From contig OZ241853.1 in NCBI GenBank assembly GCA_965202685.1, positions 1,176,262 to 1,240,261 of the forward strand: 64,000 bases of DNA, read 5' to 3'. The DNA is from Gammaproteobacteria bacterium (GTDB lineage: Bacteria > Pseudomonadota > Gammaproteobacteria > Eutrophobiales > Eutrophobiaceae). The notes beneath the pieces were generated by a model, which had not been told where the DNA came from, searched no databases, and saw only the letters and a list, made by a program, of their open reading frames with translations. Made by a program: the position numbers and the translations under genes. Below, one piece after another: positions 44,118-54,906 of this stretch. The stretch's first letter is position 1, and each line of letters opens with the position of its first letter.

Positions 44118-46118
44118 GTGTATATTAAATACATGACCGACCGCGTGAAGAAATGCCGCGATGCATGGCGGAAAACTGACAAGCTAAAAGGCTTGGCGTT
44201 GAGCGTGTGGGCCTTGTTCCTGATAGCGGGCCTCGCCATCGTCGATGACTACGGCGTCTCGTCGGCTACGGAACCCCAGCGTCTTATCGCCATCAACACC
44301 CTCAATTATGTCCTGCATAACGACCCAACCCTGTTGCAAATAGCCGCTGACCGCTTCTACGGCGCCGCCTTCGAGGCGCCCCTGTTCCTGTTGACGGAAC
44401 GGGGCCTGGGCCTGGAAGACCCGCGCCATGTCTATTTAGCTCGCCATGCCCTGACCCATCTGTTTTTTCTGCTTGGCGGGTTCTGTTGCTATCTGTTGGC
44501 GTTTCGCTTGTCCGGCAACCGGCTGGCGGCGCTGTTGGTCATGGCGCTGTTCCTGCTGTCCCCGCGTCTCTACGCCCATTCCTTCTTCAACAGCAAGGAT
44601 CCAGTGTTCGCCAGCGCCTTCGTCATGGCCTTGCTCGTTGTGAGCCGCGCCTTTGACAAGGACTCGGTGGGGGGCTATCGGTGGGGCGGGGCGGCAACGG
44701 GGCTTCTCATCCACCTGCGCGTCATGGGCGTGGTTCTGTTTGCCGCCGTGTTGCTCTTTCGGGCTTGGGCCTGGTTTCGGGCCGGGGGTGGCGCGGCGCG
44801 GCGGCGGGTTGTGGCGACCACTGGCGCTTTCGCCCTGTGGGGGGTCCTTGTCTTGTTCATCAGCCTGCCCTATCTCTGGGGCGACCCCGCAGGGCGGTTT
44901 TCAGAATATTGGACAGTGTTGGCCGACCATCCTGTCGTTTCTAATGAATTATTTCGGGGCAAGGTGTTTTCCAGCGCGGCGTTGCCTTGGGACTATGTGT
45001 CGCACTGGTTCGTCATCAGCCAGCCGCCGGTGACCTTGTTGTTGGGGCTGTTGGGCCTAGTGGCCCTGGGCCTTGCCGCTGGGGGCGTCGTCAGACGCGG
45101 CGCGGGCGCCAGGCCGGGCGCGGCATGGGGGGGTGCCGAGTTGCGCTTCGGCATGTTGCTCGCAACCTGCTTTGCGTTGCCCCTGGTCGCCTTTGCGCTG
45201 TTGCGACCTAACACCCTCACTGGCTGGCGGCATTTTTATTTCCTGCACGGGCCTTTTTGCCTGCTGGCGACCTTCGCCCTGATGGGGTTGCGCCAGCTGG
45301 CGGCGCGGGGGTTGCAAAGGGGCTTGCTGAGCGGCGCGGCGTGCGCGCTGACGGTGGTGGGACTGGGCGCGGCGGCGTTGGAGATGGCGCAGATCCATCC
45401 CAACCAGCACCTTTATTTCAACTTTTTGGCGGACCGGAAAACCCCGGAGCGGCTACGGGCCCGCTACACCATGGATTACAATTTCATGGCGATGCGGCAG
45501 GGTTACGAATACCTGTTAAGACAAACCCCGTCCGCCGCCATTAACCTGGGAAAAAATCACTTCATCTCGAGGCTCATGTGGGGTGCAATGATTCTTCCCG
45601 CGGCAGACCGGCACCAGCTCACCTACGACCGCAGTCGCGACCCGGATTTCTATTTAAGCGGAAACGCAAGGCGAATCTTCTTGCTCAAAGATCCTTTCCC
45701 CCCTGTTCTCCATCGGCTCAAGGTCTATAACAACACCATTATAACCGTATCCACGCCGGATTTGTCCCGGGTTGCCCCGGCGGTGGCGGAGGCGTATCGG
45801 GCTTTGCATCGGGCGGCGACGGCGGGGGAACCGGTGGCGCGTGCGAGCGGCTATGAAGTCCACCGGCACGGCCAGCGGCTGGCATGGGTGAAAGAGGCTT
45901 GCGAGCCTGGGGAATTGATGTCGCCGTTCTGGCTCGCGCTTTATCCGGCGGACGCGGGCCGTTTGCCGGAATCGCGCCGGCGATGGGGCTACTTTATGCT
46001 CGGCACCCTTGGGGTGCGGTTTGACGGCAAGTGCCTGGGAGCAACGCGACTGCCGGACTTCGCCCTGGCCCGGGCGCGCCTGGGGCAACCAGGGAAGTGG
46101 ATCGAGTTGCCTCTTTAG
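44118..46118 (+). CDS. Array copy 15: GT-C-like paralog with 5' end replaced (junction ~44189)
   Basis: 666-aa ORF begins in the repeat (MYIKYMTDRVKKCRDAWRKTDKLK) and joins the family sequence at GLALSVWALF. Confidence 0.75.
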   Translation: MYIKYMTDRVKKCRDAWRKTDKLKGLALSVWALFLIAGLAIVDDYGVSSATEPQRLIAINTLNYVLHNDPTLLQIAADRFYGAAFEAPLFLLTERGLGLEDPRHVYLARHALTHLFFLLGGFCCYLLAFRLSGNRLAALLVMALFLLSPRLYAHSFFNSKDPVFASAFVMALLVVSRAFDKDSVGGYRWGGAATGLLIHLRVMGVVLFAAVLLFRAWAWFRAGGGAARRRVVATTGAFALWGVLVLFISLPYLWGDPAGRFSEYWTVLADHPVVSNELFRGKVFSSAALPWDYVSHWFVISQPPVTLLLGLLGLVALGLAAGGVVRRGAGARPGAAWGGAELRFGMLLATCFALPLVAFALLRPNTLTGWRHFYFLHGPFCLLATFALMGLRQLAARGLQRGLLSGAACALTVVGLGAAALEMAQIHPNQHLYFNFLADRKTPERLRARYTMDYNFMAMRQGYEYLLRQTPSAAINLGKNHFISRLMWGAMILPAADRHQLTYDRSRDPDFYLSGNARRIFLLKDPFPPVLHRLKVYNNTIITVSTPDLSRVAPAVAEAYRALHRAATAGEPVARASGYEVHRHGQRLAWVKEACEPGELMSPFWLALYPADAGRLPESRRRWGYFMLGTLGVRFDGKCLGATRLPDFALARARLGQPGKWIELPL

Positions 46119-46348
46119 TTTTTAGCTTGTTAGTTTTCCGCCATGTGGCGCGGCGTTCCCTCGCTCGGTCAGTTTTAGCTTGTTAGTTTTCCGTTATCCT
46201 GCCTGGCGCTTCCGCGTTCAGTCAGTCATGTATTTGATATACACTCCTTTCCGCGCTCATCACGTCGCTTGCCTGACGAAAAATTTCCGTCGCTAAAATG
46301 GTTGCGGGATAACGGAAAGCTAACAGGCTAAAAGGGTAATATGGCGGC

Positions 46349-48328
46349 ATGTCTGCAATGACAAGCCGCATTGGAGGACGGATACGGTTCCATCGCTTAG
46401 CGTTGAGCGTGTGGGCCTTGTTCCTGATAGCGGGTCTCGCCATCGTCGATGACTACGGCGTTTCGTGGGATACGGGAGTCCAGCGTGGCATCGCCCTCAC
46501 CACTCTCAACTACATCCTGCCTGACAACTCAGACCGGCTGCAAAGGTTTGCTGACCGCTTCTACGGCGCCGCTTTCGAGTTGCCCCTGTTCCTGTTGACG
46601 GAACGGATCCTGGGGCTGGAGGATCCGCGCCATGTCTATCTGACCCGCCATGTCCTGACCCATCTGTTTTTTCTGCTTGGCGGGATCTGTTGCTATCTGC
46701 TGGCGTGGCGCCTGTCCAGCGACCGGCTGGCGGCGCTGTTGGTCATGTTGCTGTTCCTGCTGTCCCCGCGTCTTTACGCCCATTCCTTCTTCAACAGCAA
46801 GGATGCGCCGTTCGCCAGCGCCTTCGTCATGGCCTTGCTCGTTGTGAGCCGCGCCTTTGACAGGGACTCGTTGGGGGCCTATCGGTGGGGTGGGATGGCG
46901 GTGGGGCTTCTCATCAACCTGCGCATCATGGGCGTGGTTCTGTTTGCCGTCGTGTTGCTCTTTCGAGCCTGGGCCTGGTTTCGGGCCGGGGGTGGCGCGA
47001 CGCGGCGGCGGATTGTGGCAACCACTAGCGCTTTCGCCCTGTGGGGGGTTCTTGTCTTGTTCATCAGCCTGCCCTACCTCTGGGGCGACCCCGCAGGGCG
47101 GCTTTCAGAATATTGGACAGTGTTGGCCGATCATCCTGTCGCTCAACGCGAATTGTTCCGGGGTCAGGCGTTTTCCGGCGCGGCGTTGCCTTGGGACTAT
47201 GTGTTGCACTGGTTCGCCATCAGCCAGCCGCCGGTGACCTTGTTGTTGGGTCTGTTGGGCCTAGTGGCCTTGGGCCTTGCCGCTAAGGGCGTCGTCAGAT
47301 GCGGCGCGGACGCCGGGCCGGGGCGCGGTTTGGGCGCCGCCGAGTTGCGCTTCGGCGTCTTGCTCGCAACCTGCTTTGCGTTGCCGCTGGTTGCCTTTGC
47401 GCTGTTGCGGCCCACCACTCTCGATAGCTGGCGGCATTTTTATTTCCTGCACGGGCCTTTTTGTCTGCTGGCGACCTTCGCCCTGATGGGGTTGCGCCAG
47501 TTGCCGGCGCGGGGGGCGCGAAAAGGATGGCTGGGCGGCGCGGCGTGCGGGCTGACAGCGGCGGGGCTGTGCGTCGCGGCGTTGGAGATGGCGCAGATCC
47601 ATCCCTACCAATATCTCTATTTCAACTTTCTAGCGGACCGGAAGACCCCGGAAGGGTTGCGCGAGCGCTACGAGACGGATTACTGGTTCCTGATGTTTCG
47701 GCAAGGATATGAACACATCCTGAAGCAAACGCCCGCTTCCACCATTAACATGAGGCCGCGAGCGCCAGCGGGCATCAACCGCAATGTGTGGATTCTCCCG
47801 GCGGCGGCCCGCAACCGGTTCACCCACGACCCCGCTCGGGATCCGGATTTCTACCTGGCAAGAAACTCCGGAATTCCGCCGCCAGGCGTGCTTAAGGACT
47901 CTTTTCCCCCCGTTCTCCACCGGTTCAAGGTCTATAACAACACCATGATGACCGTTTCCACGCCAGACCTGTCTCGGGTTGACCCGGCGGTGGCGGAGGC
48001 GTATCGGGCTTTGCATCGGGCGGCGACAGCGGGGGAACCGGTGGCGCGAGAGAGCGGCTATGAAGTGCACCGGCACGGCTCGCGGCTGGTGTGGGTGAAG
48101 GAGGCTTGCGAGCCTGGGGCGTTGATGTCGCCGTTCCGGCTCAGGTTTTACCCAGCGGACGCGACCCGTTTGCCGGCCCAGCGCCAGAAACGAGACTACT
48201 TCCGACTTAGAACCAGCGGGGCGCGGTTTGACGATAAGTGCCTGGGAGCGGCGCGGTTGCCAAACTTCGCCCTGGCCCGGGTGCGCTTGGGGCAACCAGG
48301 GAAGTGGGAAGTCGACATCCCCTTTTAG
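46349..48328 (+). CDS. Array copy 16: GT-C-like membrane glycosyltransferase paralog
   Basis: 659 aa; the conserved family core is present. Confidence 0.85.
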   Translation: MSAMTSRIGGRIRFHRLALSVWALFLIAGLAIVDDYGVSWDTGVQRGIALTTLNYILPDNSDRLQRFADRFYGAAFELPLFLLTERILGLEDPRHVYLTRHVLTHLFFLLGGICCYLLAWRLSSDRLAALLVMLLFLLSPRLYAHSFFNSKDAPFASAFVMALLVVSRAFDRDSLGAYRWGGMAVGLLINLRIMGVVLFAVVLLFRAWAWFRAGGGATRRRIVATTSAFALWGVLVLFISLPYLWGDPAGRLSEYWTVLADHPVAQRELFRGQAFSGAALPWDYVLHWFAISQPPVTLLLGLLGLVALGLAAKGVVRCGADAGPGRGLGAAELRFGVLLATCFALPLVAFALLRPTTLDSWRHFYFLHGPFCLLATFALMGLRQLPARGARKGWLGGAACGLTAAGLCVAALEMAQIHPYQYLYFNFLADRKTPEGLRERYETDYWFLMFRQGYEHILKQTPASTINMRPRAPAGINRNVWILPAAARNRFTHDPARDPDFYLARNSGIPPPGVLKDSFPPVLHRFKVYNNTMMTVSTPDLSRVDPAVAEAYRALHRAATAGEPVARESGYEVHRHGSRLVWVKEACEPGALMSPFRLRFYPADATRLPAQRQKRDYFRLRTSGARFDDKCLGAARLPNFALARVRLGQPGKWEVDIPF

Positions 48329-48742
48329 CTTGTTAGTTTTCCACCATGCGTCCTGGCGTTTCCTCGCTCGGCCAGTCATGTATTTGACATACACTCCTGC
48401 CCTCGCTCCTCACGCCAGTTGCCTGACGAAAAACTTCCGTCGCTAAAATAGTTGCAGTTTTCCGTTATTTTGCCCGGTGCTTCCGCGTTCAGTCAGTTTA
48501 GCTTGTTAGTTTTCCGCCATGCATCGCGGCGTTTCCTCACGCGGTCAGTCATGTATTTAATATACACTCCATCCCGTGCTCGTCACGCCGCTTGCCTGAC
48601 GAAAAACTTCCGTCGCTAAAAGTGTTGCAGGCTCCGTTATCCTGCCTGGCGCTTCCGCGTTCAGTCAGTCATGTATTTGATATACACTCCCTCCCTCACT
48701 TGTCGCGCCAGTTGTCTAACGAAAAACTTCCGTCGCTAAAAA

Positions 48743-50729
48743 ATGGTCAATTCACCGCTTGCATGGCGGAAAACTAACAAGCTAAAACGGGCCCGATTTC
48801 ATAGTCTGGCGCTGGTCGTGTGCGCCCTGTTTTTGATAGCGGGCCTCGTCATCGTCGATGACTACGGCGTCTCGTTAGATGCGGATGGACAACGCCGTGT
48901 CGCCATCAACACCCTCAACTATGTCCTGCATGAAGTCCAAACCCTGTTGCGAACCCATGACCGCTTCTACGGCGCCGCCTTCGAGGCGCCCCTGTTCCTC
49001 TTGACGGAACGGGTCCTGGGCCTGGAAGACCCGCGCCATGTCTATTTGGCCCGCCATGTCTTGACGCACTTGTTTTTTCTAATCGGCGGGTTCTGTTGCT
49101 ATCTGCTGGCGCGGCGCTTGGCCGGCGATCGTCTGATCGCGCTGTTGGTCATGTTGCTGTTCCTGCTGTCCCCGCGTCTTTACGCCCATTCCTTCTTCAA
49201 CAGCAAGGATCCAGTGTTCGCCAGCGCCTTCGTCATGGCCTTGCTCGTCGTGAGCCGCGCCTTTGACAGGGACTCGGTGGGGGCCTATCGGGGGTGCGGG
49301 GCAATGGCAGGATTTCTCATCAACCTGCGCATCATGGGCGTGGTTCTGTTTGCCGTCGTGTTGCTCTTTCGGGCCTGGGCCTGGTTTCGGGCCGAGGGCG
49401 CGGCGCGGCGGCGGGTTGTGGCGACCGCTGGCGCTTTCGCATTGTGGGGGGGTCTTGTCTTGTTCATCAGCCTGCCTTACCTCTGGAGGGACCCCGCAGG
49501 GCGGCTGGCGGAAATGGTCGCGCTGTTGTCCCACCATCCTAACATTGTCTTCGAACTGTTCCGGGGTCAGGTGTTTTCCAGCGCGGCGTTGCCTTGGGAC
49601 TATGTGTTGCGCTGGTTCGCCATCAGCCAGCCGCCGGTGACCTTGTTGTTGGGGCTGTTGGGCCTGGGGGCCTTGGGTCTTGCCGCTGGGAGCGTCGTCA
49701 GACGCGGCGCGGGCGCCGGGCCGGGCGCGGCATGGGGGGGGGGGGGGGGGGGAGTTGCGCTTCGGCATTCTGCTGGCAACCTGTTTTGCGTTGCCCCTGG
49801 TCGCCTTTGTCCTGTTGCGGCCCACGCTTTTCGATGGCTGGCGGCATTTTTATTTCCTGCACGGGCCTTTTTGCCTGCTGGCGACCTTCGCCCTGATGGG
49901 GTTGCGCCAACTATCGGTTCGAGGGTTGCAAAGAAAATGGCACGGCGGCGTTGCCTGCGCGCTGACGGCAACGGGTCTGGGCACGGCGGCGTTGGAGATG
50001 GCGCAGATCCATCCCCACCAATATCTCTATTTCAACTTTTTTGTGGACCGGAAGACCCCGGAACGGCTAAGCGAGCGCTACGAGACGGATTACTGGAACA
50101 TGATGTTGCGGCAAGGGTATGAACACATCCTGCGGCAAGCGCCCGCTTCCACCATTAACATGAGGCCGCGATTCAACCGCAGTGTGCAGATTCTCCCGGC
50201 GGCGGCCCGGAGCCGGTTCACCTACGACCCCGAGCGGGATCCGGATTTCTACTTGGTAAGCAACACCATAAATTCGCCGTCAAGCATGCTTAAGGACTCT
50301 TTTCCTCCCGTTCTTCATCGGCTCAAGGTCTATAACAACACCATGTTGATCGTATCCACGCCGGATCTGTCCCGGGTTGACCCGGCGGTGGCGGAGGCGT
50401 ATCGGGCTCTGCATCGGGCGGCGACAGCGGAGGCGCCGGCGGCCCGGGCGGGGGGCTTCGATGCGCGCCTGCATGGCGAGCGGCTGGCGTGGGTGAAGGA
50501 GGCTTGCGAGCCCGGGGAATTGATGGCGCCGTTCCGGCTCAGGCTTTATCCGGCGGACGCGGGCCGTTTGCCTAGTGGAAGCTACTTCGAACTCGGCATC
50601 CGCGGGGTGCGGTTTGATGGCAAGTGCCTGGGGGCGGCGCGACTGCCGGATTTCGCCCTGGCCCGGATTCGCCTGTGGCAGTTCGTTCTTGGCGGAGGTT
50701 TGCTGTGGGAAACTGATATCCACTTCTAA
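48743..50729 (+). pseudogene. Array copy 17: GT-C-like paralog split by a frameshift at a G19 homopolymer (ORFs 48743-50122 and 49680-50729). Either a pseudogene or a phase-variable gene. 5' end is also the replaced type (junction 48787/48788).
   Basis: Other copies read ...ggcgcggcatgggggggtgccgagttgcgc... (GAWGGAELRFG). Here the sequence is catg + 19 G + agttgcgc, and the frame switches at the tract. The downstream ORF resumes the conserved ELRFGILLATCF... sequence. Confidence 0.7.
49734..49752 (+). repeat. Homopolymeric G19 tract inside array copy 17 (candidate slipped-strand phase-variation site, or a sequencing error)
   Basis: Counted directly: G run from 49734 to 49752. Paralogous positions in other copies carry G7-TGCCG. 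Confidence 0.8.
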
Positions 50730-50844
50730 TTTTAGCTTGTTAGTTGCCTGGCGCTTCCGCGTTCAGTCAGTCATGTATTTGATATACACTCCTTCCTTCA
50801 CTTGGCGCGCCAGTTGCCTAACGAAAAACTTCCGTCGCTAAAAA

Positions 50845-52851
50845 ATGGTCAATTCACCGCTTGCATGGCGGAAAACTAACAAGCTAAAACGGGCCCGATT
50901 TCATAGTTTGGCGCTGGTCGTGTGGTCCCTGTTTTTGATCGCGGGCCTCGCCATTGTCGATGACTACGGCGTCTCGTGGGATGCGGGAGCCCAGCGTCTT
51001 ATCGCCATCAACACCGTCGACTATGTCCTGCATGATGACCCAGGCCGGTTACGATGGGTCGCTGACCGCTTCTACGGCGTCGCCTTCGAGTTGACCCTGT
51101 CCCTGTTGACGGAACGGGTCCTGGGGCTGGAAGACCCGCGCCATGTCTATTTGGCCCGCCATATCCTGACGCACTTGTTTTTTCTATTCGGCGGGTTCTG
51201 TTGCTATCTGCTGGCGTGGCGTCTGTCCGGCGACCGGCTGGTCGCGCTGTTGGTCATGTTGCTGTTCCTGCTGTCTCCGCGCCTGTACGCCCATTCCTTC
51301 TTCAACAGCAAGGATGCGGTGTTCGCCAGCGCCTTCGTGATGGCCTTGCTCTTTGTGTGTCGCGCCTTTGACAGGGACTCGGTGGGGGCCTATCGGTGGG
51401 GCGGGATGGCAGTGGGACTTCTCGTCCACCTGCGCATCATGGGCGTGGTTCTGTTTGCTCTCGTGTTGGTCTTTCGAGCCTGGGCCTGGTTTCGGGCCGA
51501 GGGGTGCGCGGCGCAACGACGGATTGTGGCGACCACTAGCGTCTTCGCCCTGTGGGGGGGCGTTGTCTTGTTCATCAGCCTGCCCTATCTCTGGGGCGAC
51601 CCCATAGAGCGGCTGGCGGAAATGGCCGTGGTGTCAGCTGATCATCCCATTCATCTTACCTCTTATGAGTTGTTCAGGGGGCAAGTGTTTCCTAGCGCGG
51701 CGTTGCCTTGGGACTATGTGTTGCGCTGGTTCGCCATCAGTCAGCCGCCTGTGGCCTTGTTGTTGGGGCTGTTGGGCCTGGGGGCCTTGGGTCTTGCCGT
51801 TTGGGGCGTCGTCAGGCGCGGCGCGGGTGCCGGGCCGGGCGCGGCATGGGGGGGCGCCGAGTTGCGCTTCGGCGTCCTGCTGGCAACCTGCTTCGTGTTG
51901 CCCATGGTTGCCTTTATTCTGTTGCGACCCACCACCATCGATGGCTGGCGGCATTTTTATTTCCTGCACGGGCCTTTTTGCCTGCTGGCGACCTTCGCCC
52001 TGATGAGAATGCGTCAGCTGTCAGTGCGAGGGTTGCGAAAAAGATGGGTTGGCGGCGCGGTCTGCGCACTGATGGCGGCGGGGGTGTGCGTCGTGGCCCT
52101 TGAGATGGCGCAGATCCATCCTAACCAGCATCTCTATTTCAATTTTTTTGTGGACCGGAAAACCCCGGAACGGCTAAACGAACGCTACGAGATGGATTAC
52201 TGGGACATGATGTTGCGGCAAGGATATGAACATATCCTGCGGCAAGCGCCCGCTTCCACCATTAACATGAGGCCGCGAGCGTCAGCGAACAACCGCCATG
52301 TGCAGATCCTGCCGGCGGCAGCCCGGAGCCAGTTCACCCACGACCCCGATCGGGACCCGGATTTCTACTTGGCAAGAAACGCCGGAATTCCGCCGCCAAG
52401 CTTGCTCAAGGGCTCTTTTCTCCCCGTTCTCCACCGGTTCAAGGTCTATAACAACACCATGATGACCGTTTCCACGCCGGATTTATCACGGATTGCTCCG
52501 ACGGCGGCGGATGCGTATCGGGCGTTGCATCAGGCGGCGACAGCAGGGGAACCAGCGGCCTGGGCGGGGGGGGTTGATGTGTATCTGCTTGGCGACCGGC
52601 TGGCGTGGGTGAAGGAGGCTTGCGAGCCTGGGGAATTGATGTCGCCGTTCCAGATCAGACTTTATCCGGCGGACGCGGGCCGTTTGCCTAGCGGTCTGCG
52701 GGAACGGGGTTACTTCGGACTCAGTGCCAGCGGGGTGCGGGTTGACGGCAATTGCCTATGGGGAACGCGACTGCCGGACTTCGCCCTAACCCGGATTCGC
52801 CTAAGGCAACCAGGGAAGTGGGAAGTTGAGGTAGTGGTAGAATTTGACTGA
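50845..52851 (+). CDS. Array copy 18: GT-C-like paralog. 5' end replaced (junction 50889/50890). 3' end lacks the family stop and intergenic spacer, and abuts the start of gene 52851.
   Basis: Family C-terminus ...GKWEVEV then continues VVEFD*. The stop TGA overlaps the ATG of the next gene (ttgacTGATGcc). The motif ggtagaatt at the junction matches the upstream region of paralog A (7596-7606). Confidence 0.75.
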   Translation: MVNSPLAWRKTNKLKRARFHSLALVVWSLFLIAGLAIVDDYGVSWDAGAQRLIAINTVDYVLHDDPGRLRWVADRFYGVAFELTLSLLTERVLGLEDPRHVYLARHILTHLFFLFGGFCCYLLAWRLSGDRLVALLVMLLFLLSPRLYAHSFFNSKDAVFASAFVMALLFVCRAFDRDSVGAYRWGGMAVGLLVHLRIMGVVLFALVLVFRAWAWFRAEGCAAQRRIVATTSVFALWGGVVLFISLPYLWGDPIERLAEMAVVSADHPIHLTSYELFRGQVFPSAALPWDYVLRWFAISQPPVALLLGLLGLGALGLAVWGVVRRGAGAGPGAAWGGAELRFGVLLATCFVLPMVAFILLRPTTIDGWRHFYFLHGPFCLLATFALMRMRQLSVRGLRKRWVGGAVCALMAAGVCVVALEMAQIHPNQHLYFNFFVDRKTPERLNERYEMDYWDMMLRQGYEHILRQAPASTINMRPRASANNRHVQILPAAARSQFTHDPDRDPDFYLARNAGIPPPSLLKGSFLPVLHRFKVYNNTMMTVSTPDLSRIAPTAADAYRALHQAATAGEPAAWAGGVDVYLLGDRLAWVKEACEPGELMSPFQIRLYPADAGRLPSGLRERGYFGLSASGVRVDGNCLWGTRLPDFALTRIRLRQPGKWEVEVVVEFD

Positions 52852-54581
52852 TGCCCAAACAACCCCCTTTTATCCTGTTGATCGCGGCCCTGGCTCTGGG
52901 CGCTTTCTTTGTGGCCATGTGGATCTGGCAACCCCGCATGTCCCTCCACCACTTGGCGCACTCTGCCCACAAGGCCCTGAGCGGAGCCTTGGAAATGCGC
53001 GGCCTCAGTGCGCCTGAAGACGATGACGAGTCAGTCGAATCCCTTGACGGAAGCAACGAGAAAAACACGGTGGGCCTGCTTGAGTGCGATAGGGATGAGG
53101 CGACAGAGAAAACGACGACAGAGAAAACGAGGATAAAACTTCGGGCGAAAAAATTCAGTCAACTGAGATGTCTGACAGCGCGCGTTGCCAGCCGTGAGGC
53201 GAGCGCAAAGCGCATCGAGTTCATCGCCGCCGAGAGATTCGATGACCCGGTGCTGGTAGGGGGAGGGATCGGCATGTTTCTTGAGCATTGTCCGCCCTCT
53301 CCACCGGGGCTGTCTGGGGGTTGCCTGGCGGTGGAATACTCGCGCAATGGCGAAGTGAGCCGCGCCGTGCCACTCCGGCTCCAAGCCATCAAAGAGGCCA
53401 ACATCGTTTCTGCATACAACTGGAAGGGTGAAGATCACCTCCACCGACAAGTTGATTGGCCAGAGCTGATAGTGCGCTCAGTCTCCCTTTATCCCGGTGG
53501 AGACTTGTTGGTCCATTTTGAAGTGGGTGTTCCTTTTTCCCACGGCGCCGGCGTGGCCCGCGTGGCGCAGGACGGGCGACCGCGCTGGTTTCGCGAGGAC
53601 TACAGCCAACCCTGGCCCCATATTATCGATGACAATCTCGCCTTGGTCCGAAGCAGGCAACCGCAACGACTGAGAACCAAGACTCTTCGAGTGAACCATA
53701 AGGAAAAAGTCGTGGCGTGTTATGAGAACTGGAAATGGCATGACACCGTCAACCTGATAGATGGCAGGGGACGTCTGTTGGATGAAATTGACCTCCTGGA
53801 GGCGTTGCTTGAATCCCCCTACAGCATCCTCTTTGAACGCAACTTTAACGGGCGCGACAACCCCGCTTTTACCAACTCCATACACCGCGGCGGATCTGGA
53901 TTCCCTCAGGGAGGCGGGTGCAACAATCCCGCTCTTACTAACTCCATACACCATTGCCGCCTGGCGGCCGGCACTTTGGCGGGATGCAACAACCCCGCTT
54001 TTGCTAACTCCATACACCAGCTGGGCGCCGACGCGGGCGGCGCGAACAACATCGCCCCGGGCGACATCGTGGCATCGTTGCCATTCCTCAACGCCTTCGG
54101 CATCATAGATCAGAACAACCGGCGGTTTAAGGAGCTGGTCCGGGGCAGTTTCATTCAGCAACACGCCGTTCGCCATCTTGAGAAGGCGCGGTTCCTCATG
54201 TTCGACTCGGGCAGCTTCCCGACCCGCTTGTTGATGTTTGACTTGGCCACCGGCAAGGAAACCACCCTGTTCCCCCGGGACCACACTCCGCCCCATCTGC
54301 GCCAGATTGCGCCCCTTAACTTTCCCCCCAACACCGGCTACGCTAAGAACTCCGAGTTCAAGATAGGGATACATATAGCGGTGGCGCCGGACCGACAGCG
54401 CATTCTCTTCGGCAAACCAAGGTCCGGCCTAGCTTTTGAGTTGCGCCTTTCCGACGGCCGGGTTTTGAACATTTTTCGCCAGTTGCATGATCTGTCGAGT
54501 GTCGTTAACATTCCTGACTTATTTCGGCAACGAGCGGGGGTTTTTCAGGCAACGGCTTATGACTATGCTAACCGGTTTTAG
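52851..54581 (+). CDS. Membrane-anchored periplasmic protein of unknown function (paralog B of 7611-9278), with an internal 63-bp x ~2.5 tandem repeat
   Basis: 576 aa. Same N-terminal anchor (PFILLIAALALGAFFVAMWIW) and shared blocks (CLTARVA(R/S)REASAKRIEFI, RWFR(K/E)DYS, LMxDLATGKETTLFPRDHTP, LRLSDGRVLNIFRQLHDLSSV). Repeat CNNPA(F/L)TNSIH occurs 3 times at 53862-54040. Confidence 0.8.
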   Translation: MPKQPPFILLIAALALGAFFVAMWIWQPRMSLHHLAHSAHKALSGALEMRGLSAPEDDDESVESLDGSNEKNTVGLLECDRDEATEKTTTEKTRIKLRAKKFSQLRCLTARVASREASAKRIEFIAAERFDDPVLVGGGIGMFLEHCPPSPPGLSGGCLAVEYSRNGEVSRAVPLRLQAIKEANIVSAYNWKGEDHLHRQVDWPELIVRSVSLYPGGDLLVHFEVGVPFSHGAGVARVAQDGRPRWFREDYSQPWPHIIDDNLALVRSRQPQRLRTKTLRVNHKEKVVACYENWKWHDTVNLIDGRGRLLDEIDLLEALLESPYSILFERNFNGRDNPAFTNSIHRGGSGFPQGGGCNNPALTNSIHHCRLAAGTLAGCNNPAFANSIHQLGADAGGANNIAPGDIVASLPFLNAFGIIDQNNRRFKELVRGSFIQQHAVRHLEKARFLMFDSGSFPTRLLMFDLATGKETTLFPRDHTPPHLRQIAPLNFPPNTGYAKNSEFKIGIHIAVAPDRQRILFGKPRSGLAFELRLSDGRVLNIFRQLHDLSSVVNIPDLFRQRAGVFQATAYDYANRF

Positions 54582-54906
54582 CTTGTTTAGCTTGTTAGTT
54601 TTCCGCCATGTGGCGCGGCGTTTCCCCGCTCGGCCAGTTTTAGCTTGTTAGTTTTCCGTTATGTTGCCTAGCGCTTCCGCGTTCAGTCAGTTTAGCTTGT
54701 TACATCCGCCATGCGTCCTGGCGTTTCCTCGCTCGGCCAGTCATGTATTTGACATACACTCCCGCCCTCGCTCCTCACGCCAGTTGCCTGGCGAAAAATT
54801 TCCGTCGCTAAATGTTTGTCGCGCCAGTTGTCTAACGAAAAACTTCCGTCGCTAAAAAGTGGTCAATTCGCCAGTTGCCTGACGAAAAATTTCCGTCGCT
54901 AAAAAT

